Below, in pieces: positions 10,851 to 28,041 of a DNA stretch of 64,000 bases. Numbering within the stretch: the stretch's first letter is position 1; every line of letters starts with the position of its first letter. The translations under genes and the position numbers were made by a program. Below the pieces are notes generated by a model. That model saw only the letters and a list, made by a program, of their open reading frames with translations, did not search any database and was not told where the DNA came from. The stretch comes from Eledone cirrhosa (taxonomy: Eukaryota): positions 70,432,001 to 70,496,000 of the forward strand of contig OZ024741.1 in NCBI GenBank assembly GCA_964016885.1, written 5' to 3'.

Positions 10851-11879
10851 AACTTTCGCAGAAAATACACTTTTCAGGTTGCAATGGAGTATCCTGACTT
10901 AAATCAAACCTTACATTAAGGTATGTCATCCATGCAGCATCTGCTCTGAGGTGACCTACTGTTCGCTTATGAGACATCTTCGCAACAGAAAGACCGAACT
11001 CGTTACATCGTGTAGACATGGGATAAAGAAAATATACTTCAACTTCAAACCCGTACACTGTCCTGGAGGGTAAAATCAGTTGCTACCATTACGCACATAC
11101 ACACACCACTAAACTCGAGACACTTCAAAATGAATAGCACATGCCAGTTGCAAGACACACACCAATACAAAGCGTACCTAACACACATGATGCATCAGAG
11201 CAACACCTGTGTGAAGATTACTCGAATACAACTCCTACAAACAGAAAAGAATTCAAACAACCCAACGCAACAGCACAATTTAGCCAACCACGATGCCAAA
11301 ACATTTTCCATAGACTAATACACACATAAAGACAAATGCACCAATACCACACAACGAAAGACTAACTATGACATCCCTCAGCAATAGCAAACAAATTTAT
11401 ATACGCAACTAACGTCATTTACCAACTATCCACAATACAATTCAAATAATCCTCTGAAGAAATCCCAAATGCCACTAAAACTCCATCCCATCACACAACA
11501 TTATTACACTAACAATATTGCCAAACCTTTTCCTGTAAGATAAAGAATACATAACGATAGGTATAATGATACTAGCATCGTACACAACACTCAGCAACAT
11601 TACCTAACCAGCTAAAGGCTTACACAGCATACCTGCAACACCCATTTGATTAATCCAATTATTAAGCAAACACAGAACCACTTTATTAAACAACACTTAT
11701 TCACCAACACCCATTAACATCCACAAAATTCTTAGACTAATATACAATCATTTATTTCATTTCTTCCTTAAAATAACAGTAAATCTTAATAGAGCAAATA
11801 TATAGACTGGATAGTAGAGATGAACCTACATTAACAAAACACAAGCGCCATAAAAAAATACAAATTATCCAGATATAGA

Positions 11880-12035
11880 CGGCGAATTGGCAAAGTCGTT
11901 AGAACGTGGTATAGAATGCTTTACGGTATTCGTTTCGGCTTTCTGCTCTCTGAGTTCAAATCTCGCCGAGGTCAACTTTGTCTTTCATCCTTTCGAACTC
12001 GATAAAAAAAATGTACCAGTCTAGTACTGGGTTGA
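11880..12035 (+). mobile_element. Abundant tRNA-derived SINE (Meta-core-like)
   Basis: A box ggcgaattggcaaagtcgttag, B box gagttcaaatc, core gaggtcaactttgtctttcatcctttcg..gataaaa..gtaccagt. Roughly 20 related copies or fragments in the window. Confidence 0.8.
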
Positions 12036-12717
12036 TTCTTCCTCTATATATTTTTTCTCACTTCCTTTCTTTCACAATCTATCCTTCTCTGGAAGAAATC
12101 TGCTGTATTCAGACCTGGAGAGGGCCAGAGCTCTGCCAGGTTTAAAAATGCCCTTCAAACGCCGTATGTTAATATAGCGCATTACGATTCCTTCAGGGGT
12201 TACAGGACTATGCCATGCCAATTACCCAGATAAGGGAATACGTAAATAATCACAGGCCAGCACTATCCGCATGAAGATTAATTTTCTCTATAACAAATAA
12301 GTAGATGGCCAAACCTCACTATCTAATGATCCACTGACTGTCCCAAATCCATTTCCTTCTTGTCATGTATTTGATTGTAACCTTTGACGAAGGGTTTTCC
12401 ACATTAATTCTCACTTAGTCGCACCGTCTAATCACAGAATCCCTACTCTTGTCAATAAAATTGCAGCCACACTACCGAAGAGAAAGATTTGAACCAAATT
12501 AAATCAAACAGATGTATTTCTCACTTGCTCCTAAAATTGTAGAAGCTTAACCGTAGGGCAGAAATTCCTTGTAATATCTACACTCTACGTTTCTTAAGTA
12601 TAGTGTACAAAGATGAATAATAGTCATAACTAAAAACATCTCATCCATCTATCTATCTATCTATTTATAAACACACCGATATGCATATTTACACACACAC
12701 ACACACACACACACGCG

Positions 12718-16984
<4,267 letters not shown>

Positions 16985-17284
16985 TATATATATATATATA
17001 CATGTATGTGTGTGTGTATGTGTATAAAGAGAGAGAGATAGATCGATAGCTGTACATACACACACACTTACACACACATACACACATATATATACATATA
17101 TATACATATATATCTCGGGTTAACTAAAAAGGGTTAGGGTTGCCAATAAATAATATATCCCATAATAACCGTTAATTGTGTTATACAATTCAGTAAAAAC
17201 GTTTTCATTTTTTATAAACACTTTTCCATCGTGTGTTTTTTAACCGAGTTATTTTATATATGATCATAAAATATATGGTATCAT

Positions 17285-18030
17285 TAATAATTGTTTCAAC
17301 GTTTGGCACAAGGCCAGAAAATTACTAGTACATTACTGGTACTTTATTTTATCGACCCCGTAAGGATGAAAGGCAAAGTTGACCTCGGCAGGATTTGAAC
17401 TCAGAATGGAAAGGGCCGTAACTCTATGCGTCAAAGCATGACATCCGACCTTCTACCGATACTGCCAATCCACAGCACTTGATATCATTAATAATAGTAC
17501 TTAGCTATGTTAATTATAAGTTTTGTTCTTTGTTTACCATATTGCAGAGCAGATATTGTTTTGATTATGATGCGTATTGAAACATTTGTAAGGTATTGAA
17601 TGATTTAAGAAATCTTTTCTATTCTCTCTATTTGTTATATCAGTAGTATAATGATTTCTAGTATAGGAACAGGACCAGTAATTTTTGTGTGTGTGTGGGG
17701 GGGGGGGGGGGAATCGACCCCAGTACATTACTGGACTTTATTTTATCGACCCCGTAAGGATGAAAGGCAAAGTTAACCTCGGCGGGATTTGATCTCAGAC
17801 CGTATATGCTATGCTGCAAAGCATGGTGTCTGACGCTCTACCGATACTGCCAATCCACCGCCCTTTATATCAGTAATATAATTGTTTCTACTTTTGGCAC
17901 AAGGCCAGCAATTAACCAGTACATTACTGGTACTTTATTTTATCGACCCCGTAAGGATGAAAGGCAAAATTAACCTCGACGGGATTTGAACTCAGACCGT
18001 AAAGGGACGTAACTATGCTGGAAAGCATTA
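17285..18030 (-). mobile_element. Cluster of three Meta-core-like SINE copies
   Basis: Repeated ggcacaaggccag...actggtactttattttatcgaccccgtaaggatgaaaggcaaa...ggatttgaactcaga. Confidence 0.85.
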
Positions 18031-18924
18031 AAGCAATAGAGATGACTGAGGAAGGAAGGGTGATGACAAACTCCAGAAAACAGCGTTTGTGTGTATATGC
18101 ATAGCGAATTGGCTACACACATTGGCTGTTAAGATTATGTGAGTGTTTGTGTGTGTATCAGTGTGTTTGTGTGAATTATATTTATATATAATATTTGTGT
18201 GAGTGTATATGTGTGTGTTTATTTAGAAAGATACATAGACAATAGAATTACAAACACACACACACACATCATGTGATAACAACTGGGGGCCTGTCACTCC
18301 CACGTAAAAAAAAAAATACTTTGATGGCCGTTGACTCTGCTGAGTTCCCCCGCCCTTTGCCGGATCTTGTATTTCATCCCACAGAGTGTCCAAATATCAC
18401 CCTCCTCACCAAGCTAGCTTATCGGGGTTGTCGGTTTAGTCGCCGACGAACCGACCATGAGAGAAGTTGTGCAGGGTTACATGTTACCAGTAGCACTCGA
18501 GAGTGACCTAACATAACATACATACATAGATACATACATACACGCACGCACACATACATAAAACAGACACACTGAAAAAAAAAAACTATTACATTCACAC
18601 ACATCTATGTGATGACTGGGGTAGGAGGGGTGTGTGAGAGAAACTATAGTAGTCCAGCACTCTAAGATTCGTCATAGTTGTGTGTTTGTATGTATGTATC
18701 ATTTGTGTGAGTGAGCGCGAAGAAACCAACCAGCCAACCAGCCAACCACCTAACATCTCTTTTTTTTATATTATGTATAGATGTTACAATTAGCCGTCAT
18801 TTTTTACGGCACGAGGCCATATATGTAATAAATACAAAGACCACAGATTGATATGTACCTCAGTTTCAGACAATCTAGTAAAAGGAGGAAAGCAGAAGTT
18901 GTTTGCTCAAACTTATAAGCTGTG

Positions 18925-18974
<50 letters not shown>

Positions 18975-18975
<1 letters not shown>

Positions 18976-21520
18976 CGAAGGAAATGTGGTAAGGAACCAG
19001 GTGGACCATAACGCACCAAAGTACTCAATACTTGAGGTAGTAGAGTGGGTAATAGGAACCAGTAAGACCCCGACAGCTGAGCTCAAGCCGTTTGAATATG
19101 TGTAATAAGGCCAAAACAATGCAGGTATGGACATAGAAAAAAGAATGCAATAGTAAAAGAATTCGTCTTTCACCTTGAATTTATTTAAATGTCCTTAATT
19201 TTCGAGATAATATCTCTTCTTCGGAGGGAAATAAAGGTCTCAAACCAGCGTCTTAAATCTCTAGCCAAGCCATTCTGACCGGAAATAGTATAGAGTATCT
19301 GTTCTAACTCTAATATCAAAGAATTAAAATTAGGTGGAAAAAGAGTAGTCTCCCTTTAAGAGGGGTTTGTTTAGGGTTTATTTTTTTTATTTAATTTATT
19401 TTTTTTTAATTTTATACACGTGCCTGTATGTGTGTGTGGGAGAAGGTATGTGGGTGTGTGTGTGTGAGTGTGGGAAGATAGGTCTAATCGTAAAAGTGGG
19501 GGGTAGGTGTTATCTGGTGTTAGAACTGGTTTTGTGTGTGTATGTGTGAGAGAGAATAAGTGGAGGCGTAAGCGTGTGTGTGTGCGCGTGCGTGTGTGTG
19601 GGGTGTGTAAATATGGGGCTAGAGGCCCTATCAGGTTATAAATTGGGTGTTGAGCTCTAGTCTATTATTGATTGGTGGATGTGTTTTATCTATAATAAGT
19701 GCTTCCTTAATTCTAAGATTGCCGAGGTTTCTTTCCTTAGTTTCTATCCTAACTGTTATGTTTTTATCGGTGTTTTTGCATTTAACTAGGTGTTTCTTAA
19801 ATGAGGAAGCGTTAGTATTGAGGTGTTCTTTTATTCTTATGTGGAGTGGTCTGGTGGTGCTACCTACGTAGAAGTTGTTGCATTTGTCACACTCTAGTCT
19901 GTATACTACGTAAGCCTGGTGGCATAGGTCTGTGTCGTTGATGGGGCAGTTGGCTAGTCTGCAGCAGTTGTCATGTCTGGTGGAGTGTCTTTTGGCCAGC
20001 CGTCCGCGCAGAGAAGGACCCGATGGGCCAGTTGGATATCCAGTCCCTCTCGTCTGATGGCTCTGCGGATGGCTGTTGTTGTTTCTTCACTGAAGTGTGG
20101 GAGCTTCAGGAAGCAAGTGTTAGTGCCTCGGGTGTGGTGTCCTCTGTTCTTTCTGGCACGGTTTGTGGTGGATGTCGTGTATCCGTTCAGTTTGAGTACT
20201 TCCAGGAAATGTGTGGTGTGTGTGTCTCGGTCTCTGGCGTCGGTGCATTTGTTCTTGATACGTGCCAGTTCGTTCTTTATGTATCCGAACTTGGCACCGA
20301 GTGGGAGGGCCGATTTGAAATGCACGAACAGGTCCCTGCTGGCGGATTTTTTATAGAAGCAGGTGTGGATGTTGCCTTCCTCTGTTACCCTGAGTTGGAA
20401 GTCCAGTAGGGATAGGGATCCGCGGTCATCGGGGTGTTCCATGCTGAACTTTATACTGGCGTCCATGCTGGAGAATGTTGTGTATATTTTCTCTGCCTCC
20501 TCACGGGATGATGTAAGGATGAGTATGTCATCTACATATCGGGTGAAGAAGGCATGGGAATGGCAGGTGTTGAGGGCTCGGCATTCTAGCTGGTTCATGT
20601 AGGTGATGGCCAGCAGGCCTGAAAGGCTGGATCCCATGGGTAATCCTGTTGTCTGTCTGTATGTGTGGTGGTGGAAGGTGAAGCACGTGTTGACAGATAA
20701 CAGGATTACCGGAGGCAGAGAAAATATAAAAGAACACCTCAATACTAACGCTTCCTCATTTAAGAAACACCTAGTTAAATGCAAAAACACCGATAAAAAC
20801 ATAACAGTTAGGATAGAAACTAAGGAAAGAAACCTCGGCAATCTTAGAATTAAGGAAGCACTTATTATAGATAAAACACATCCACCAATCAATAATAGAC
20901 TAGAGCTCAACACCCAATTTATAACCTGATAGGGCCTCTAGCCCCATATTTACACACCCCACACACACGCACGCGCACACACACACGCTTACACCTCCAC
21001 TTATTCTCTCTCACACATACACACACAAAACCAGTTCTAACACCAGATAACACCTACCCCCCACTTTTACGATTAGACCTATCTTCCCACACTCACACAC
21101 ACACACCCACATACCTTCTCCCACACACATATACAGGCACGTATATAAAATAAAAAAAAATAAATAAAATAAAAAAAATAAACCCTAAACAAACCCCTCT
21201 TAAAGGGAGACTACTCTTTTTCCACCTAATTTTAATTCTTTGATATTAGAGTTAGAACAGATACTCTATACTATTTCCGGTCAGAATGGCTTGGCTAGAG
21301 ATTTAAGACGCTGGTTTGAGACCTTTATTTCCCTCCGAAGAAGAGATATTATCTCGAAAATTAAGGACATTTAAATAAATTCAAGGTGAAAGACGAATTC
21401 TTTTACTATTGCATTCTTTTTTTCTATGTCCATACCTGCATTGTTTTGGCCTTATTACACATATTCAAACGTTTATACCTCATTACACAATGCTTCAAGT
21501 GAACTATAACCTCCTCCATA
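18975..21520 (-). mobile_element. Penelope-like element, 5'-truncated, with an inverted copy of its 3' end, between (TA)n tracts
   Basis: RT motifs GLPMGSSLSG, RYVDD, LDF, YKK (19954-20715, minus); after a frameshift CPIN...LC...VVYRLECDKC..FYVGSTTRPLHIRIKEH (GIY-YIG), stop at 19631-19633; inverted arms 19089-19834 / 20726-21471. Confidence 0.9.
21332..21366 (+). ncRNA. Minimal type I hammerhead-like fold (CCGAAGA core); mirror copy 19193-19227 (-)
   Basis: cct-CCGAAGA-a-gagat att atctc-GAAA-at-TA|agg: stem I cct/agg, 5-bp stem II, palindromic stem III; located in a PLE terminus. Confidence 0.6.
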
Positions 21521-22199
21521 TATATATATATATATATCCTCATCCATCTACGAGGCCAAAACTTATGATGGAGTCGTAGTGACATTCAATCCTTGTAGAA
21601 TCCACTCATCTCCAGGTCTGGATCCCAAGGACCAAAATAGCTACCATAAAGTATCTCGTCCAGCAACCTATTACGCCTGCAATGCTATTTTATTTATTGA
21701 CCCCGAGCCGAAAGGATACCAGGTAGATTTGACCACGGCGGGATTTGAACTCAGAATGAAGAAAGTCAGAGCAAATACTGCAAAGACTTTTTAATCCAAC
21801 ACTGTAACGACTGACATTTTGCTGCCTTAGTCAAACAATATACTCACAACTTACATATAACAGTCAACTTAACATAGTTTCTTCTCTAAAAGTAGGTCGT
21901 TGACAATGAACGTAAAAACAAAAACAAAACAGGAATTAAAAAAATAAAAAATTCAACAATCTAAACCGGTTTAAACCGGAAATTGCAATCGAAATGCTGT
22001 CTCAATTCACCTCTAGAGCTTAGCCTTGCTCTCCGACACTCAACACATATATTAATGTCAGAATGTACGAACCAAAAGAAAAGACACTAAACGGTTTACT
22101 CAACCTGCTGAAAATAGCAGCCAAATTACCCACTCCAAATCTTGGAACATCTCTTAATATATGCCAGCTTGGTCTGCGCTAACACAGGATTAAACAACA

Positions 22200-22655
22200 A
22201 CAATAGTAATAAAAATTATATTTCATGTATTTGTTCTTTGACACCGTACAAATATCCTATAAATGACCGCCAAAATTCTAAAGAATCTCAACGTTTTCCA
22301 ACAAAGATGCCAAAGACCTGAAAATAACTTATCGAGACCGGATTACTAATGTAGATGTGCTGAAGAGAAGTAACAAAGGCTACTGACTGACACCATCGTT
22401 GAATGGCGCCTGAAACTGACTGGACACATTCTGCGCGTGTCTGAGTATCGGAACCCCTTTGTGGAAATGAGATGGATCCCAGTCGCTGGCAAGCGGAAAA
22501 AAAGGGAGACCCAAGAAAACCTGGCGCTCAACTTTCAAAGAAGATTCCCAGAGAATTGGACTGGGAAACTACGCAAGATGCCGCAGCCGATCATGTAAAT
22601 TGGAGAAGACTCATTGCTCAATATGCCCCAGGGCATAGGAGGACCTAAGACCTAA
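22200..22655 (+). mobile_element. Decayed RTE-group LINE 3' fragment
   Basis: Relic motifs LNVFQQRC, WRLKLTGHILR, KRKK(G)RP..TWRST; short tandem tail cctaagacctaag. Confidence 0.6.
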
Positions 22656-23141
22656 GATATACTGTGACCTACATGCCTTTCCCAAAATCATTAGTGTGTG
22701 AGAGGTGAAGTAAACTTGAATCGATCAATAATCAAAACTGTTTCGCAATGCCAATTCCGATGGAGTTTTATGCCATCTTCTTGGTCTTCTTGGCCATTGG
22801 AAGATATTTTTGTTTATTGATATCAAAGACCCCACAACATAACTCCAGTAAAACTGAATTTATTAGTTAATAGGTTCGGGGTTCCAAACTTAGGGGGAAT
22901 TTATTCCCAGTGACAGAGGTTGACTGATAATATCGACAAATGAATTAGCAATGCCCAATGGATCACTGGATTGGATAAAAAAAATCACAAAACAAAACAG
23001 CTGAAAAGCATATGACTAATGTGTCGACCTAATAAGAGACAGATGACCAGGTCAGTTATTATGACCTAGATTACCTCTCACTGTGAGGTAAATTTCACAT
23101 ACTCAAGGAATAAATTTGCTGATTATGAATACGTAAATATC

Positions 23142-23214
<73 letters not shown>

Positions 23215-23566
23215 AATCAGGCACTCATTTTCATACAACACTCATATTCACATACATAGTAGATTTACGAAATACAATGCTAAAAATAGCAGCCAAATTT
23301 CCCTCTAATCACAGCCTACAATTTAATAATAGGATGAGTACATTGTATATTGTAGTCCTAGATGATAGATCCTAAGTCGCTTTCGGCGATAAACATTCAG
23401 TTATTCGATCAACTTAAAGTTCAAGTAGTTGAGTATTCCACATACACGTGTACCCTTATCCTTAGGATAACACCCAAGCCGAATTACCATGAGACAGTGG
23501 CAACGCTGATCCTTTGAATTACGTGTACAACCCGTCTGACGAACATCCGCATAGTTTCCGTCAACC

Positions 23567-23736
23567 TACCGTATTTCTCGGCAGCGAAGACGCTTCGTCC
23601 TTGACGATGCACCCTAATTTTGACAACCAAAATTTGAAAAAAAATAAAACAACCTTCGGCCTCCAGGACGTATGGTAGATTTTTGAGACTTATTTTAGGG
23701 AAGAAAGTAGCGTCTTCGACGCCGGGAAATACGGTA
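23567..23736. mobile_element. pogo/Tigger-like MITE
   Basis: 27-bp TIRs taccgtatttctcggcagcgaagacgc / gcgtcttcgacgccgggaaatacggta (3 mismatches), TA ends. Confidence 0.75.
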
Positions 23737-24289
23737 GTTTAAATCACAAATGACATTTACTCAAGCTGCCACACAGTGGGATCGAACCCGAGATATCATG
23801 AATGAGAAGAAAACTGCTTAACCACTCAGCCCAGTTCATGAAAAAGAGAGAATGAGGCTAAAATCTGTTTCTTGAGCAGTAAACTTATATTAGTGTTTCT
23901 AGATAATGTTAAGGTGTTGTAGTAGAGCTAGATAGCCTTTCATCATAGGTCTGCTCAGCCAGGGCTGATTTGCAGCTGAACAACGACTACAACTTCAACG
24001 ACTACAACGTTCACAACAACATACAACTGAATCATTGCTTTTCACTTTGACTGTTTGACTCAGGATCAAGATGTGTGACGTATGTCAAGTGGTTGTTATT
24101 TTTCTCCCACATCTTTAGCAAGCTCGGATTTATAATTCACATGTGTAGCAACTAACTCTTCCCAAAATTAGTCAACACCGATGAGAAATTCTCAAGTGAA
24201 TGCAAAGCAGTTTTTAGTTAACAACTGAAGTAGTTAGTTGGTTCATCTTACTGAGTGCAATCTGGTCTTAGTTGATGAAATAGATAAGT

Positions 24290-24398
<109 letters not shown>

Positions 24399-24548
24399 AC
24401 ACACACACACACACACATACACATATAGATAAATATTATAGAGGAATCAAAATATTTGAAAATTATTTTTGATAACAGATTTAAGATATTGTCATACTGT
24501 GTACTATTAACCATATACAATATGTGTGCTGTGCGCGTGGGTGTGTAA

Positions 24549-24620
<72 letters not shown>

Positions 24621-24627
24621 ATTTATA

Positions 24628-25075
24628 TTCTTCTTCTTCGCCCACTTATTCCTGAGACGGTCGTGGAGGAAGAGTCCCCCAAAACTCCTTCCAGCAGGTT
24701 TTGTCAGATGTTATCCAACCATCTTGCTCGGGGTCAACCCCTGGGTCTCCTAACAGTTGGTTTTGCTCGTAAAATCTTACCAGCGATTCTTTCCTGAGAC
24801 ATTCTAACCACATGCCCATAGTATCGGAGCTGTGATCTCGGAGAAGTAGCAGCTCTAGTTGGAGTGATACTCTGATCTCCGAGCTAAGTAATCTATTGAG
24901 TAACGTTACTCCAAAGACCCTTCTGAGAAACCCCATTTCGGCCGCTTGTATTTGTGATCGTATTCTTTCCGCCATTACCCAAGATTCATGACCATAGGTA
25001 AGGGTTGGCACGAATACCGAATTGAAGATAGCGAGTTTGGAAATACTGAACCTGGCGCATTACTGCACCGGCTCT
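24628..25075 (-). mobile_element. RTE-clade LINE 3' fragment with (GAA)n tail
   Basis: [36 protein letters not shown]; GHVVRM and RPRGRP relics in other frames. Confidence 0.8.
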
Positions 25076-25083
25076 TGCCGAGA

Positions 25084-25154
<71 letters not shown>

Positions 25155-25329
25155 TGTGTCTGTGTCTGTCTGTGTCTGTCTGTCTGTGTCTGTCTGTGTG
25201 TCTGTCTGTGTCTGTGTCTGTGTGTGTGTGTGTGAATATATGCATGTACACACATGTATTCATCTAAATATGTATGTATGTGTATATGTAAATGTATATA
25301 TATATATATATAAAAAAGAAAAATTTCGT

Positions 25330-25790
25330 TCTACATGGGCATGGATTCATTGAAGCTCCGACGTCTGGCAATGGACTTGGTAAACACCCACAAAGTTATT
25401 AACCATCTCGCCAACAACAACCCTGAGCACCTTTTTGATCTTCATATGTTTAACACACGTGGACATGACTACAAAATCAGAAAACAGCACAGCTCCCATG
25501 ACTTTCGGAAACATTTTTTCACGCTTAGAGTTGCTGAAGCATGGAACAAACTACCTGCATCGGTTGTTAGCTGCCGAGACACTGCATCCTTTAAAACCCT
25601 CAGGCTTCCTGAAATTCGCCAAAACTACACCTGATGTCCCCCTTCCTACACACGCACACATGTATATCATGACTCATGCAATGTTCATTTTCCTGACGTT
25701 TGTACATTACCCTATGTACTATACATAGACTTTTGATGAGTTGTGCACCTGAGCACTGTACACAATATTTTCATTATTATTATTATTATT
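25330..25790 (+). mobile_element. CR1/L2-group LINE 3' fragment with (ATT)n tail
   Basis: [11 protein letters not shown]...TRGHDYKI...RKHFFTLRVAEAWNKLPASVV...FK. Confidence 0.8.
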
Positions 25791-25959
25791 TACATGGCTG
25801 AATACAATAAATGTAATCTGAGTTTTTCGAATAACATTCGATTCGTTTGCAATTATACAAACAAGCCTCAGTCTGCTGATATGCAAATCTGGCTGATCAG
25901 TGGATCTGCTAATATGCAGATCTGACTGATCAGCCAGTCTGCTAATATGGTAATCAGGC

Positions 25960-26183
<224 letters not shown>

Positions 26184-26199
26184 TGTAAAAACTAAACAG

Positions 26200-26415
26200 A
26201 AATAACAAACAGAAATAACAACACAATCGGTACAGTATATGGAAGGAATATATTAGGTTAACGCTTGAAATAGTAATAGGGTATTAACGTTTCGGACGCT
26301 AGTCCTTCATCAGAAGAAAGAATGAGAAATAAGATAGATTGAGGGGACGGGCGGATTGGAATTGGAAAAAATGTCTTTAGATAAAAATAACAGGTCCATT
26401 CAATTTCGATATTAG
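26200..26415 (-). mobile_element. PLE-terminus-like repeat with minimal hammerhead (26282-26317); copies 56528-56745 (+) and 60440-60585 (+)
   Basis: tctt-CTGATGA-a-ggac tagc gtcc-GAAA-cg-TT|aa(g/t)a; three copies, all adjacent to (TA)n. Confidence 0.7.
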
Positions 26416-26827
26416 TTTAACAATGATAATAATAACAAAGGTAAGTTATAACTTGCCTTTGTTATTATTATCATTGTTAATCTATCAGACTCTGTATCTG
26501 AAAGATTGACTCAGCGAAACACGGAACTAATCTCTGGATCTCACTGAATTACTTGCTAAAGGATTACATTGAGTTCTAACTACGGTATAGACCCTACCAC
26601 GAAAGGTAGACCACATTGAATATATATACATTTAATGCATTCATTTATCATGGCTATTGGTGAGCTTTGTTACTCTAAAGTTTCACCTGCTCACTCACAG
26701 GATCACCTGTCTTGTCTGGTGAGTACACAGTTGAGACTCCAGAGTAACAAGGCTTAGCCATAATAAATGAATATTTAAACTCTACTTCGCTATTGAGTTT
26801 TCATTCTTACGTCCGTCAATAATTCAC

Positions 26828-27138
26828 GCACTCTTAGGTCTTGAATAATCGTCCCCACCCCCCGTTTATTAATTTGTCAGAATTTTTCCACCCCCGCAAC
26901 CACTTATTAAATTGTGCTAATCTATCTCCGGCGAAATGTTATTGTAAGTGATTCATATTGAAACAACAGCTGGAGAATCTAATAATAATTTTATTTTACA
27001 TTAAAAAACATTATATATGACAAAAGAAGAACATTACAAGAAATCCCATATTTAAGAACGTACACTATACAATTACTGATTTCCTAAGCCCTCCCACCAT
27101 TGTTGCCACCCCTCCTATTATTTGGGACCCGAGAGTGC
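26828..27138. mobile_element. Degenerate MITE (pogo/Tigger-like ends)
   Basis: gcactcttaggtcttgaataat / attatttgggacccgagagtgc, 17 of 22 inverted matches. Confidence 0.45.
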
Positions 27139-27835
27139 CACCAAACTCTCCTCCTCTCTATGTCTATCACACAAAACTCTCTTTTAATCCCCCTCTCTGT
27201 ATCTACTAAAACCAAACTCTACCTCTCTCTATATCTATTAAACAACACACTCTCCCAACCCCACTCTATATATCAATTACTACCAAACCACACTCCTCTC
27301 TATATCTATCATACAACACTCTTCCATCTCATTCTCTCTCACTCTATCCAGCACTACCAAACTCTCCCCCTCTCTATATTTATCAATACTTATTTTTATC
27401 AATCCTCTCACTCAATTCATTACCACCAAACTCTCTCTCTCTCTACATCAACCTTACATCACTCTCTCCCAATCCACCTTCCTATATTAATTAACACCAA
27501 ACTCTATACATCTACTACACGGAACTCTCTGCCAACCCCCTCTCAATATCTACCATACATCACTCTCTCTCTCATTCCCTCTCCCTCTATCCATCACTAC
27601 CAAACTCTCCCCCTCCCTATATCTATCAATGCCTATCTCTATCAATCCTCTCACTCAATTCATTACCACCAAACTCTCTCTCTACATCAACCATACAGCA
27701 CTTTCTCCCAATCCCCCTCTCTATATCTACTACACGGAACTTTCTTCCAATATCCCTCTCTATATCAATTAACCCCACTCTTGCCCTCTCTATATCTACT
27801 ATACGGAACTCTCTTCCAATCCCTCTCTCTATATC
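27139..27835. repeat. Degenerate pyrimidine-rich minisatellite (same family as 33295-33590)
   Basis: Recurring accaccaaactct..ccctctctatat and acaacacactctcccaa subunits. Confidence 0.85.
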
Positions 27836-28041
27836 AAGTAACACTTGATATAGACGTGATTTACTTTGCTCCGGACTTTTACGGATTATTGTCAAAAAAA
27901 CTGTGAGTTTATTGCTCAATTTAATAACATTGTTTAGTTTAACCCCTTGCCTGGGCCGTCAGACGTTGAGTCAACTAATTTTCGCCCCTTTCTGGGGCGA
28001 AATTTTCATTTTCATCTCAAAACTGTGTAGACTTGGTGGCA

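Noticed and set aside
12060-12260. Possible decayed Tx1 C-terminus on the minus strand
   Set aside because: Only short scattered resemblances across frames; too weak to call without alignment.
19631-20715. Selenocysteine recoding or SECIS in the PLE
   Set aside because: No in-frame TGA inside the retained coding region and no convincing SECIS in the 3' region by eye.
22748-22870. Short ORF with a signal-peptide-like start (MEFYAIFLVFLAIG) as a host exon
   Set aside because: Only ~40 codons, no suitable splice donor, no recognisable homology; minus-strand frames between apparent splice sites all contain stops.
27100-27906. 268-aa ORF
   Set aside because: Translation of the pyrimidine-rich minisatellite.
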